The notes under the pieces: generated by a model
Told to the model about the DNA's origin: nothing
The model's input: the letters and a program-made list of their open reading frames with translations, nothing else
The model's database searches: none
In this document: positions 1 through 7,777 of the stretch, piece by piece
Layout of the letters: the number at the start of each line of letters is the position of its first letter
Numbering within the stretch: the first letter of the stretch is position 1
Source: Dehalococcoidia bacterium
GTDB lineage: Bacteria; Chloroflexota; Dehalococcoidia; GIF9; AB-539-J10
Direction: 5' to 3'
NCBI GenBank assembly: GCA_030612025.1
Contig: JAUWOR010000015.1
Coordinates: 1 to 17,638, forward strand
DNA length: 17,638 bases
Made by a program: the position numbers and the translations under genes

Positions 1-1045
1 CCAGCGTGGTAGCGAAAGCAGCATTGACATTGGGCAGCAGATCATCGCTAACACTGACCTTGGTGAGTGGGACATCTCCGGTGTTCGTTACAGTTATGGT
101 ATAGGTGACGGTATCACCCACTTTAGATATTTCATCCGCCACCTTGGTGACCTCAAGGCTGCCAAGCTCCTGCTGCCATGCTATGCTCTCTTCAGCGATT
201 AGCTCGCGGTGCTGTAGTATTATCGTCTCTTGTTTACCATCATCCTCCGGATCGATTATTACCGGCCAATAGCCCTCGGTAGAGGCGGTGAGGCTGCCTT
301 CGTGTGAGGCATCCCAACAGAGCGTGACCGAAGCCTCACCATTTCCATCAGTGGACACGGTGACCGACCCACCATTGGGAGGGCTGAAGCTGCCATTGGT
401 AGCCTCAAATTGAATCTGTATTCCTTCAAGAGGAGTAACACCATAATCGGTGACAGTGGCGGTGAACTGCTGACAGGCAAAGCCCCCGCTCACAACGAGG
501 TCACCATCTGGCTGCAGCGTTAGCTCTGAATAACCTGCGATTACCCTGGGACACTCGCCCTGAGCATCGGTGTAGATTGCGAGAGCCCGGCTTTCTATGC
601 CTGAGTGTAATGCTCTTACATAGTCCTTGCCATACTTGCATTTCCAGATAGCGAGCTGAATAGCAGCGGCTTCGTCCCCGGAACTGGGGCTATAATTGGT
701 CATGATGTAGCCGATCTCACACCAGGGTGTTTCCCGGGAGGCGTCGGTGAGAGTAGCAGGAAAGCACTCGGGGGGGTCAATCACATGCTCAAGGTCAATA
801 CACCAGCCGTCGTAGGACTCGCCATCAACGGTCAGGTCAAATAGCCCCACCCACTGATTACGGTAAGTTTTGCTGCCAATGGTTAGGTTCACCCGTGTTC
901 CCAGCTCCTTGTCCACGCATACCCACTGCGGGTCATCCTGAGCCAAGGCTGGCCCTGCGGGAGGTGCGAAGGAAGCAAGCAGCGCCACCAATGCCAGCCC
1001 GACTCCCAGGACAAGAGGTATTCGGGGAAATAACGATTTCTTCAT
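1..1045 (-). CDS. Secreted/surface protein with thioester domain (TED, TQXA-like), Ig-like (Big_1-type) insert and DUF11-like domain; 3' end outside window
   Basis: Hand translation from ATG at 1045 (SD GGAGGA at 1061-1056) is open for 348 codons to the edge. It reads MKKSLFPRIPLVLGVGLALVALLASFAPPAGPALA|QDD (signal peptide with ALA site), GWCIDL (C82), AAAIQLAIW (Q130-W134), FTATVTD...VSTDGNGEASVTL (Ig-like), DGKQETII (Q272), LEVTKVAD...VGDTVTYTITVTNTGDVPLTKVSVSDDL (DUF11-like). Absent from the ORF track because there is no stop in the window. Confidence 0.85.
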   Translation of the reverse strand, partial: MKKSLFPRIPLVLGVGLALVALLASFAPPAGPALAQDDPQWVCVDKELGTRVNLTIGSKTYRNQWVGLFDLTVDGESYDGWCIDLEHVIDPPECFPATLTDASRETPWCEIGYIMTNYSPSSGDEAAAIQLAIWKCKYGKDYVRALHSGIESRALAIYTDAQGECPRVIAGYSELTLQPDGDLVVSGGFACQQFTATVTDYGVTPLEGIQIQFEATNGSFSPPNGGSVTVSTDGNGEASVTLCWDASHEGSLTASTEGYWPVIIDPEDDGKQETIILQHRELIAEESIAWQQELGSLEVTKVADEISKVGDTVTYTITVTNTGDVPLTKVSVSDDLLPNVNAAFATTL

Positions 1046-1075
1046 TTTTCTATTTTCCTCCTTTTGTGACTTTTC

Positions 1076-1185
1076 TGAGGCTGTTCAAAGTTGGGCGTTT
1101 TGGAAATCCTTCACCCAAATTTCTGTAGCTGTGGAACTTGCTCGACCTTTGACAAGCTTTGCCGCTACATCTCTAGACAGCCTCA
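1076..1185. repeat. Mini-element copy A: terminal inverted repeats enclosing a GTAG...CTAC REP-like core
   Basis: TGAGGCTGT (1076-1084) and ACAGCCTCA (1177-1185) form a 9-bp IR. Core GTAGC (1125)...GCTAC (1168). The left flank TTCACCCAAATTTCT resembles TTCACCCCCAAGATTTTC of copies C and D. Confidence 0.6.
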
Positions 1186-1221
1186 TACTATCGTCTTTTT
1201 CCTAAGGCAATATGTCTTCTC

Positions 1222-1261
1222 ACAGGAAATAGCGAAACCGACCTTGAGGTCGGTTTCGCTA
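1222..1261 (-). terminator. Leader terminator-like hairpin (riboswitch expression platform)
   Basis: Perfect 15-bp inverted repeat TAGCGAAACCGACCT-CA-AGGTCGGTTTCGCTA (1261-1230), followed on the minus strand by a short U-tract TTTCCTGT. Confidence 0.65.
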
Positions 1262-1314
1262 CTAGCTCAGCGCAACCCAAGCAACCAATTACAGGTTGCG
1301 CCTCATCGCTTCCT
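1247..1314 (-). ncRNA. c-di-GMP-II riboswitch aptamer (putative)
   Basis: Minus strand reads AGGAAGCGATGAG-GCGCAACC-TGTAATT-GGTTGCT-TG-GGTTGCGC-TGAGCTAGT-AGCGAAACC-GACCT. It has P1 AGG/CCT, AGC/GCT with GA-rich kink-turn strands, an 8-bp P3, and loop GGTTGCT complementary to AGCG(AA)ACC (pseudoknot). This matches the recalled class II pattern RGAARC..UGA...GAGYUAGUAGYG.AACCGRCC. No covariance search was run. Confidence 0.85.
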
Positions 1315-1359
1315 TGGCGACTAATTATCGCCTTATTCCTAAATTTTAGTCGCAGTACT

Positions 1360-1387
1360 ATTGTACCACTTGCTATTTACTTGTCAA
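1360..1387 (-). promoter_or_regulatory. Sigma70-type promoter for the riboswitch/TED gene
   Basis: TTGACA (1387-1382), 16 nt, TACAAT (1365-1360), with TGn extension. Predicted start is about 40 nt upstream of the aptamer. Confidence 0.7.
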
Positions 1388-1479
1388 CGTCATTATCTTA
1401 ACTTTACCTCCAAAAATAGGACGAAAATACTATTTTCCCTGGTACTCCTGGGTGAGGCGAAACTATTTTGCCGGCTGAT

Positions 1480-1525
1480 ACAGGACTTTTGGGTGATAGA
1501 CAAGGAAAAGAGCTTGCGATAGCAT
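1480..1525 (+). promoter_or_regulatory. Promoter of the HTH gene with a 17-bp box abutting the -35
   Basis: ACAGGACTTTTGGGTGA (1480-1496), TAGACA (1497-1502), 17 nt, TAGCAT (1520-1525). Same layout as 4503-4458 on the minus strand. Confidence 0.55.
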
Positions 1526-1563
1526 AAATGAAGTATCGTAAAGATAATTAAGATAGAGGTAGC

Positions 1564-1788
1564 ATGGCGACGAGATCAAACAATTCAAGAATGTTGACCA
1601 CTACTGAGGTAGCTCGTTTCCTCCATGTTCATCCCAACACAGTGAGGCAGTGGGCCAATAGAGAGTTGCTCCACGCTTATCGCCTGGGGACAAGAGGCGA
1701 CCGCAGGTTCAAGCCTCAAGAAGTGGATGACTTCTTGAGCCAGAGTAGATTTCAGTCGCGGCAGTTGGTCCAGTCAGGGAGGGGTTAA
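1564..1788 (+). CDS. Small MerR-like/excisionase-type HTH DNA-binding protein (HTH_17, BldC-like)
   Basis: MLTTTEVARFLHVHPNTVRQWANRELLHAYRLGTRGDRRF fits the HTH_17 pattern (LT..EVA..L.V...TVR.W...G.L...R..GxRRF). SD AGAGGT just upstream. Confidence 0.85.
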   Translation: MATRSNNSRMLTTTEVARFLHVHPNTVRQWANRELLHAYRLGTRGDRRFKPQEVDDFLSQSRFQSRQLVQSGRG

Positions 1789-1819
1789 CGAGGCATTTTT
1801 GTGCATACCTCCGTTCAAG

Positions 1820-1977
1820 TCGTGCACGAGGCTAAAGCCTCGCACTACATTTTTAAATACCCGCATCTTTGGATTTGGCTCGTTCAGTCTTGATACCTAT
1901 TCACCCCCGAAATTTTCATAATGCGACTCTTCTCGTGCACGAGGCTAAAGCCTCGCACTACATTTTTAAATACCCTC
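1820..1977. repeat. Two partial copies (B1, B2) of the REP-cored mini-element
   Basis: Identical 43-bp direct repeat TCGTGCACGAGGCTAAAGCCTCGCACTACATTTTTAAATACCC at 1820-1862 and 1933-1975, containing hairpin CGAGGC-TAAA-GCCTCG. The intervening TTCACCCCCGAAATTTTC matches the flank of copies C and D. Confidence 0.8.
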
Positions 1978-2081
1978 AGCGTTCAAGTTGTGGAGAAATC
2001 CTTGAAGGATAAAGGCAATTGCCACGGCATTTCTTTACTACGCATGCCTGGATGGATGCAAAGGCTAGTACCCTGGTCTTA

Positions 2082-4382
2082 TCACCGGACCGGTTGGGGA
2101 CTCAACTCGTGGTCGAGAAAGGCAAAGAATAATGACACATCGTTAACGGTGATGGTGATGTCTTTTGAGTCGGTCAGGCTGCCATCGGATACTTCGAAGT
2201 GGATATTGTGATAGATGCCAGCTTGCTCGTAGTCAGGAATCCAGGTGAATGTTCGAGTGCTGGGAGAGAAACTTGCTGCTTTAGGGAGGTTACTGGCGGA
2301 ATAGGTCAGAGTATCTCCATCGGGGCCGGAGGCTGAGATGGTGAACTGCAACAAGTTACCCTCATCTACAGTCTTGTTTCCGATGGGGTTCAAAACTGGT
2401 GCCTGGTTTGGGATAGGGTCAAGACTGAAATTGGCAGTTGAAGTCTTGCCGGCAGCTACGGTCACAGTTTGAGAGGCATCTTGATAGTCGTTAGCTGAGG
2501 CGGTGACAGTATAGCTTCCCTCAGGGAGACTGGAGATAGTGTAGTTTCCCTTGGAATTTGTGGTAACAGATGTTGTGCCAGATGTTGTGCCAGTGGTGAC
2601 TGTGGCTCCGTATATAGCTTTTCCACTAGCAGCATCGGTGACAGTGCCCGAAATTTGGCCGAATAATGGCACGTCGTTAACGGTGATGGTGATATCTTTG
2701 GAGTCGGTCAGGCTGCCGTCGGATACCTCGAAGTGGACATTGTGATAGGTGCCAGCCTGGTCGTAGTCAGGAGTCCAGGTGAATGTTCGAGTGCTGGGAG
2801 AGAAACTTGCTGCTTTAGGGAGGTTACTGGTGGAATAGGTCAAAGTATCTCCGTCGGGGTCGGAGGCCGAAATGGTGAGCTGCAACAATTTGCCCTCATC
2901 TACGGTCTTGTTGCCGATGGGGTTCAAAACTGGTGCTTGGTTTGGGACAGGGTTAAGGCTGAAATTGGCAGTTGAAGTCTTGCCGGCAGCTACGGTCACA
3001 GTTTGAGAGGCATCTTGATAGCCGTTGGCTGAGGCGGTGGTGGTATAGATTCCCTCAGGGAGATTGGAGATAGTGTAGTTTCCCTTGGAATTTGTGGTAG
3101 CAGACTTTGTGCCAGCGGTGACTGTGGCTTTGTATATAGCTTTGCCACTAGCGGCAGCGGTGACAGTGCCAGAGATTTGGCCAGTTGGTGCTGGTGAGGA
3201 GCCACCCACTGCGCGGTAGGCGTTGATGCGGCCATAGGCTACATCTATGCCAACATCATCGCAGGTCGCCTGTATTGTTGCCTTTACTTCATCATTGAGC
3301 TGACCATTGCCATTGGTATCGCTGGCCACAGAGAAAACCAGACCAGCCAGCCCAGCGACATGAGGGGAGGCCATAGATGTGCCGTCCATATTGCCATATT
3401 GATTGTCGGGCTTAGTGGAGTAAGCTGAGCCAGGAGCGGCAACATTTACCCAATTGCCATGGCTCGACCATGATGTCAATTGGTCATCGTCATTGGTGGC
3501 GGCGACTGCCAGGCATTTATGGTAGTAAGCGGGATAAAGGGGAGAGGTGTTGCCATTATTGCCAGCGGCGGCCACGACCACAACACCATGATTCCAGGCG
3601 TAGTTCACCGCCTGCTCCAGCGTTGAAGACGGACTAGTGCCACCGAGGCTCAGATTGATTACATCAGCCCCGTTATCTGTGGCCCAGATAATGCCTTGTG
3701 CTATCCAGGAATAATAACCGTAACCATCGTCACCGGCCACTTTCACATTCATCAGGCTGCAGTCGTAGCCCAAGCCAGCAACGCCGATGCCATTATTGCT
3801 TATGGCTGCGGCGATGCCAGCAACGTGGGTGCCATGGCTATTGTTGACTGGCTCTGCGGTATCACTACTGGTAAAATTCTCCTTGGCTACTACTTTAGCT
3901 CCTAAATCGGGATGGCTGCTGTCAACGCCGGTGTCAAGAATGGCAATACGAATACCAGAGCTACCGTGGGTTATATCCCAAGCTTGCGGAGCCTGGGTTT
4001 GGAACATTCCCCATTGGTAGGAGTCATTGAAGTAGGGGTCGTTGGGGACATCGAGAACTTGGGCCACATAATCAGGCTCAACGTGACGTACTTGGCTATG
4101 CAAGAGATAAACCCACATCTTGAAGGACTTCTGTCCTTTGGGGACAGTGACTACCTGGGAGTTGATTTGAGGAATGGTCTTTACGATCTTGCCACCGACC
4201 TGCTGATGCACCTTAATCGTCTCGCTCCAACTTGTGCCAGAGTCAAACTGGATTATGAGACGGTCGGAGACACCGCTTTTTCCTTGACCATCGTCAGCGA
4301 ACGCCGGCGATGCGGAGCCTGCTAAGCTGAGCAGGAGAGTGAGAGCAATAATAATGGACGTAAGCTTCCACGCGTGCTTCAT
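2082..4382 (-). CDS. Secreted S8 subtilisin/thermitase-like serine protease with prodomain and 2x (carboxypeptidase-regulatory-like + Ig-like) C-terminal modules
   Basis: Signal peptide ending AFA|DD. Catalytic motifs ILDTG, HGTHVAG, AAAGN, GTSMASPHVAG. Repeated GQISGTVT...ANFSL and NQAPVLNPIGNKTVDEG...ITITVND modules. SD GGGAGGT upstream. Confidence 0.95.
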   Translation of the reverse strand: MKHAWKLTSIIIALTLLLSLAGSASPAFADDGQGKSGVSDRLIIQFDSGTSWSETIKVHQQVGGKIVKTIPQINSQVVTVPKGQKSFKMWVYLLHSQVRHVEPDYVAQVLDVPNDPYFNDSYQWGMFQTQAPQAWDITHGSSGIRIAILDTGVDSSHPDLGAKVVAKENFTSSDTAEPVNNSHGTHVAGIAAAISNNGIGVAGLGYDCSLMNVKVAGDDGYGYYSWIAQGIIWATDNGADVINLSLGGTSPSSTLEQAVNYAWNHGVVVVAAAGNNGNTSPLYPAYYHKCLAVAATNDDDQLTSWSSHGNWVNVAAPGSAYSTKPDNQYGNMDGTSMASPHVAGLAGLVFSVASDTNGNGQLNDEVKATIQATCDDVGIDVAYGRINAYRAVGGSSPAPTGQISGTVTAAASGKAIYKATVTAGTKSATTNSKGNYTISNLPEGIYTTTASANGYQDASQTVTVAAGKTSTANFSLNPVPNQAPVLNPIGNKTVDEGKLLQLTISASDPDGDTLTYSTSNLPKAASFSPSTRTFTWTPDYDQAGTYHNVHFEVSDGSLTDSKDITITVNDVPLFGQISGTVTDAASGKAIYGATVTTGTTSGTTSVTTNSKGNYTISSLPEGSYTVTASANDYQDASQTVTVAAGKTSTANFSLDPIPNQAPVLNPIGNKTVDEGNLLQFTISASGPDGDTLTYSASNLPKAASFSPSTRTFTWIPDYEQAGIYHNIHFEVSDGSLTDSKDITITVNDVSLFFAFLDHELSPQPVR
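2140..3182. repeat. Intragenic tandem duplication (~0.52 kb units) in the S8 protease gene
   Basis: 2140-2660 and 2674-3182 are highly similar at DNA level. The offset changes from 534 to 522 because of a 12-bp tandem duplication CAGATGTTGTGC (2567-2590, GTTS-GTTS). Confidence 0.9.
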
Positions 4383-4457
4383 TTGCTACCTCCCTGAACT
4401 GAAGGCTGATTGAACATTCTGCTAGTTAGCCCTTCCATGACTCTTTACGCTTGTCTA

Positions 4458-4524
4458 ATGCTAGAAGAGTTCCAGCGGCTTGTGAATCACCCAGAAGTCC
4501 TGTTTTGGTAGGAAATTAGTCCTA
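4458..4524 (-). promoter_or_regulatory. Promoter of the S8 protease gene with upstream regulator boxes
   Basis: Minus strand: palindrome TAGGA-CTAATT-TCCTA (4524-4509), ACAGGACTTCTGGGTGA (4503-4487), TTCACA (4486-4481), 17 nt, TAGCAT (4463-4458). Confidence 0.55.
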
Positions 4525-4722
4525 TAAGACCAAAGTTTGCGGGCTAATATTCTTATTGGGGTAAAGCCTTTGGGGAGTGGTGAACTTCGGTTTTGTGATT
4601 GCTCTGAGCAGGACCATGGCTGTGCGAAGTTGCGCAAGTTGCCAAAGAGGGGACTTGTTGGGTTATAATCTGGCTATAAGTTCGCTGGGCTAATCTTTAC
4701 TTTGGCTCGCCATGGGGGAAGA

Positions 4723-5436
4723 ATGGAGATAATACCGGCTATTGACATCAGGGGCGGCAAATGTGTGAGGCTGTATCAGGGTGATTACAGCCAACAAACT
4801 GTTTTTGGTGAGAACCCAGCGGCAGTGGCTTTGAAGTGGAAGTCCCAAGGTGCAAGGTGGCTTCATGTGGTTGATTTGGATGGAGCAGCTAAGGGTGAGC
4901 TGCAAAACATGATGGTGGTTGAAGAGATAATAAGGACAAGTGATTTGTTGGTAGAATTAGGGGGCGGTATTAGGGGGGAGGATGTAGTGGAGGAAGTGCT
5001 GCACAAGGGGGTAAGGCGTATAATCTTAGGTACCTCGGCTATAGAGAAACCAGAATTGGTGGGAAAGCTGTGCCAGCGATTTGGCGAAGCTATAGTGGTT
5101 GGACTTGATGCCAGAAGTGGCAAGATAGCTATCCATGGCTGGCAAAAGGATACAGTTATTGATGTTTTACAGTTAGGTCGGGAAATGGTGGAGCTTGGAG
5201 TGAGACGCTTTATTTATACTGATATAAAAAGAGATGGCACTCTCACGGAACCTAATTTTGATATGGTAAGCAAGTTAATTGCTGAGGTGGATGTGCCTAT
5301 CATTGCTTCCGGAGGTATTTGCAAGCTGGAGCACTTGCAGAGGCTTAAAGAGCTGGGGGCAGAGGGAGCTATTATAGGCAAAGCTCTTTATACCGGGGAT
5401 ATTGATTTAAAGGAGGCAATAGCCAAATTATCTTGA
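4723..5436 (+). CDS. hisA: ProFAR isomerase (histidine biosynthesis)
   Basis: MEIIPAIDIRGGKCVRLYQGDY, LHVVDLDGA, GGGIR, YTDIKRDGTLTEPN, IASGG, IIGKALY. ATG 4723 chosen over TTG 4702 because it matches the family N-terminus and follows GGGGGA. Confidence 0.96.
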   Translation: MEIIPAIDIRGGKCVRLYQGDYSQQTVFGENPAAVALKWKSQGARWLHVVDLDGAAKGELQNMMVVEEIIRTSDLLVELGGGIRGEDVVEEVLHKGVRRIILGTSAIEKPELVGKLCQRFGEAIVVGLDARSGKIAIHGWQKDTVIDVLQLGREMVELGVRRFIYTDIKRDGTLTEPNFDMVSKLIAEVDVPIIASGGICKLEHLQRLKELGAEGAIIGKALYTGDIDLKEAIAKLS

Positions 5437-5438
5437 GG

Positions 5439-5530
5439 GTCATTGCTAGATTCTTAGGTCGCTTTCCCTTCGCTTTGCTCGGGGGCTTCGGCTAACCCCT
5501 CAGAATGACAAGGAGTGAAGGGCTCGCGAT
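5439..5530. repeat. Degenerate palindromic intergenic repeat (GTCATT...AATGAC type)
   Basis: GTCATT (5439-5444) and AATGAC (5504-5509), with internal AGATTCTT, CCCTTCGCTTTGCTC and CTCAGAATGACA. Resembles a recalled widespread repeat type; only a fragment recurs near 9428-9445. Confidence 0.4.
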
Positions 5531-5531
5531 A

Positions 5532-5676
5532 AGATAGTATTTAAAGACGTAGTGCGAGGCTTTAGCCTCGTGCATGACCCTAAAGGGTCACACTACGAAA
5601 ATCTTGGGGGTGAATGGGTATTAAAACTGGATGAGGTGAATTCAGTTTTGAAGCTAAGGCAAAATTAAACAGCCTC
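5532..5676 (-). repeat. Mini-element copy C (inverted orientation) with intact REP doublet
   Basis: Core 5549-5596 is GTAGTG-CGAGGC-TTTA-GCCTCG-TGCA-TGACCC-TAAA-GGGTCA-CACTAC. It ends in AGGCAAAATTAAACAGCCTC (5657-5676), the reverse complement of the start of copy D with few mismatches. Confidence 0.8.
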
Positions 5677-5702
5677 GATAACAAGAGGGGGTGAGAAGTT
5701 AG

Positions 5703-6041
5703 ATGTTAAAGTTTGATGATAAAGGTTTGATTCCAGCCATTATTCAGGATGCCGAAAGTGGTGAAGTTCTTATGCTGGGCTATATGAATAAAGAATCGCT
5801 AAAGCTAACATTGTCCAGTGGAGATGTCTGGTTTTATAGCCGTAGTCGACAGGAATTGTGGCACAAGGGGGAAACTTCGGGCAACTTCCTCAGGATGAAG
5901 TCCATTATTAAAGATTGCGATAGTGATACTCTTCTTATCAAAGCTGAGCCTGCGGGACCGGTATGTCATACAGGCAATCGGACTTGCTTTCTCCAGAGTG
6001 ATAAGGATTACAGATTTTTAGAAACTGAAGACTTAGCCTAG
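5703..6041 (+). CDS. hisI: Phosphoribosyl-AMP cyclohydrolase
   Basis: [49 protein letters not shown] motifs. No HisE fusion. Confidence 0.95.
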   Translation: MLKFDDKGLIPAIIQDAESGEVLMLGYMNKESLKLTLSSGDVWFYSRSRQELWHKGETSGNFLRMKSIIKDCDSDTLLIKAEPAGPVCHTGNRTCFLQSDKDYRFLETEDLA

Positions 6042-6922
6042 TTTTCTTTCCCTTCAGAGTTGTCAGCCTCGATAACCTCGTTTAATGCTGATATAGCCGC
6101 TTCCAGTTGGCTATTGTCGGGTTCTCTGGTAGTCATAGCTTGCAGCATTAATCCTGGAGCTAGGAAAATTCGGGACAAGATGCTTTTACTATACCTTGCT
6201 CCAAGCCTGATAACTTCGTAGCCAAGGGCAGCAATAACTGGGAGAAGGATTATGCGAGATAGGATGCTTAACCATAACGATGGGCGACCCAGCAAGGCAA
6301 AGACGAGGATAGCGATGATCAGGACAGCAAAGATGAAGCTAGTGCCACAGCGGGCATGAGCAGTAGAATAGCTTTTAATCGCTTCTACTTCTAAAGGACA
6401 TCCAGCCTCATAAGCGTTGACCACTTTATGTTCCGCTCCATGGTAGGCAAAAACCCTCTTGATGTCAGGGAATAATCCTATTAGTTTAAGGTAAGCGATG
6501 AAAATGCCGATGCGCACCAGGCCCTCAATTAAGCTGCTGATTAAATCGGAGGCGATATAAATATCAAAATAGCGAGTGGCGAGGAGAGGGGTGATAAAAA
6601 AGAGGGCTACAGCGAAGGCCATGCTGGCAGCTACAATTCCCCACAAAGCCGCCGTGGGTATTTTTTCCTCTTCCTCTGCTGAGGCAATTTGAGCTGAGTG
6701 AAGCAAGGCTTGGACGCCTAAAACCATGGTTTCGATAAGAACAATGACTCCTCTTACTAGAGGTATCTCCCTGAGGCGGCCTTTATATATGTTAGCCAGG
6801 GGTTGCTTTATCACCTCTAGTTTTCCATCGGGGCGGCGCACGGACATGGCTAAATTTCTCTTGCCCCGCATCATTACTCCCTCAATAACTGCTTGCCCAC
6901 CGTGATAAAAAGGTTTTGCCAT
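6038..6922 (-). CDS. DUF1385 family membrane protein (predicted metal-dependent)
   Basis: [47 protein letters not shown] motifs. Typical position downstream of rpmE. Confidence 0.92.
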   Translation of the reverse strand: MAKPFYHGGQAVIEGVMMRGKRNLAMSVRRPDGKLEVIKQPLANIYKGRLREIPLVRGVIVLIETMVLGVQALLHSAQIASAEEEEKIPTAALWGIVAASMAFAVALFFITPLLATRYFDIYIASDLISSLIEGLVRIGIFIAYLKLIGLFPDIKRVFAYHGAEHKVVNAYEAGCPLEVEAIKSYSTAHARCGTSFIFAVLIIAILVFALLGRPSLWLSILSRIILLPVIAALGYEVIRLGARYSKSILSRIFLAPGLMLQAMTTREPDNSQLEAAISALNEVIEADNSEGKEN

Positions 6923-7000
6923 TAGTTACCTCGCTTAAATTAGCTAAGGGATGGCTCATATTATAGACCATCCCTTGACTTTGTGATTATGCTCTGTTGC

Positions 7001-7207
7001 TTAATCCTTCATCTTGTATCGCTTTTTGAACCTCTCCACCCTCCCCATGGTGTCAACTATTCTTTGTTTGCCGGTATAAAATGGGTGGCATTTGCTACAT
7101 ACCTCGACCTTAAGTTCTGGCTTGGTCGAGCCAATGGTGAAAGTATTACCACAAAGGCAGGTTACTTTAGTATTATCATAATACTTAGGATGAATTTTGG
7201 CTTTCAT
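7001..7207 (-). CDS. rpmE: 50S ribosomal protein L31 (Zn-binding type)
   Basis: [39 protein letters not shown]; four Cys retained. Confidence 0.97.
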   Translation of the reverse strand: MKAKIHPKYYDNTKVTCLCGNTFTIGSTKPELKVEVCSKCHPFYTGKQRIVDTMGRVERFKKRYKMKD

Positions 7208-7454
7208 GATAAACGCTTACCTTCTTTTTATATTTAGTCGCTGGCTCATATTTAACCGAGCCATCTATTAAAGCGAAGAGCGTATGGTCCTTACCCAGGC
7301 CGACATTATTTCCGGGAAGTATGCGAGTGCCGCGTTGTCGGATCAGGATATTTCCAGCGCGAACTTGTTCCCCTCCATATTTCTTTACTCCTAGACGCTT
7401 CGGTTGGCTATCGCGCCCACCGCGGATACTGCCGCCACCTTTTTTATGTGCCAT
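7185..7454 (-). CDS. rpmA: 50S ribosomal protein L27
   Basis: MAHKKGGGS...[12 protein letters not shown]...[10 protein letters not shown]...GKDHTLFAL. Overlaps rpmE by 23 nt. Confidence 0.97.
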   Translation of the reverse strand: MAHKKGGGSIRGGRDSQPKRLGVKKYGGEQVRAGNILIRQRGTRILPGNNVGLGKDHTLFALIDGSVKYEPATKYKKKVSVYHESQNSS

Positions 7455-7456
7455 GT

Positions 7457-7777
7457 TTACTCTCCCGGTTTAACAATTTCATTTATTGATAATCTAGTAT
7501 AGATTTGGCGGTGCCCTGTTTTTTTGCGGTATCGAACCTTAGGCTTATATTTAAATACTATGATCTTGTCCCCCATAATTTCCCCTAAAGAGGTAGCGAT
7601 AACCTTAGCTCCCTCAATAGTCGGATTGCCTATGAGCGTATCCTCATTATCGCTGATAAACAACACCTTATCCAGCTCAACCGTATCGCCTTCGGGTATA
7701 TTCAGGTAGTCAACTTCTACGGTCTGCCTGGGAGCAACCTTATACTGTTTGCCACCTGTCTCAACAATAGCGTAAAT
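7457..7777 (-). CDS. rplU: 50S ribosomal protein L21, apparent ATT start codon
   Basis: The frame extends 5' of the ORF-track call to ATT-TAC-GCT-ATT-GTT-GAG-ACA-GGT-GGC-AAA-CAG-TAT-AAG, i.e. (M)[12 protein letters not shown], giving 106 aa. SD GAGGTG lies 5 nt upstream. C-terminal GHRQIYT motif present. Confidence 0.93.
   Translation of the reverse strand: MYAIVETGGKQYKVAPRQTVEVDYLNIPEGDTVELDKVLFISDNEDTLIGNPTIEGAKVIATSLGEIMGDKIIVFKYKPKVRYRKKTGHRQIYTRLSINEIVKPGE

Noticed and set aside
895-1324. Plus-strand ORFs 895..1128 and 1091..1324, and minus-strand ORF 259..480
   Set aside because: They overlap the TED gene, the mini-element or the riboswitch, and show no recognisable motifs.
1564-1788. 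Prophage or integrative element marked by an excisionase
   Set aside because: No integrase, tRNA/att site or phage genes in the window.
1820-1975. 43-bp direct repeat as a mini CRISPR array
   Set aside because: Only two units with a 70-bp spacer, no cas genes, and both repeat and spacer match the dispersed REP-cored element.
1921-4325. Short ORFs overlapping the S8 protease gene
   Set aside because: Antisense or alternate-frame shadows of a well-supported gene; 1921..2211 starts inside a repeat.
5437-5702. hisF remnant between hisA and hisI
   Set aside because: The spacer is accounted for by repeats and I saw no HisF-like peptide; split his genes are common.
6946-6976. Hairpin AAGGGATGG...CCATCCCTT as an intrinsic terminator after rpmE
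   Set aside because: The 9-bp stem is real, but no U-tract follows on the minus strand, so function is unsupported.
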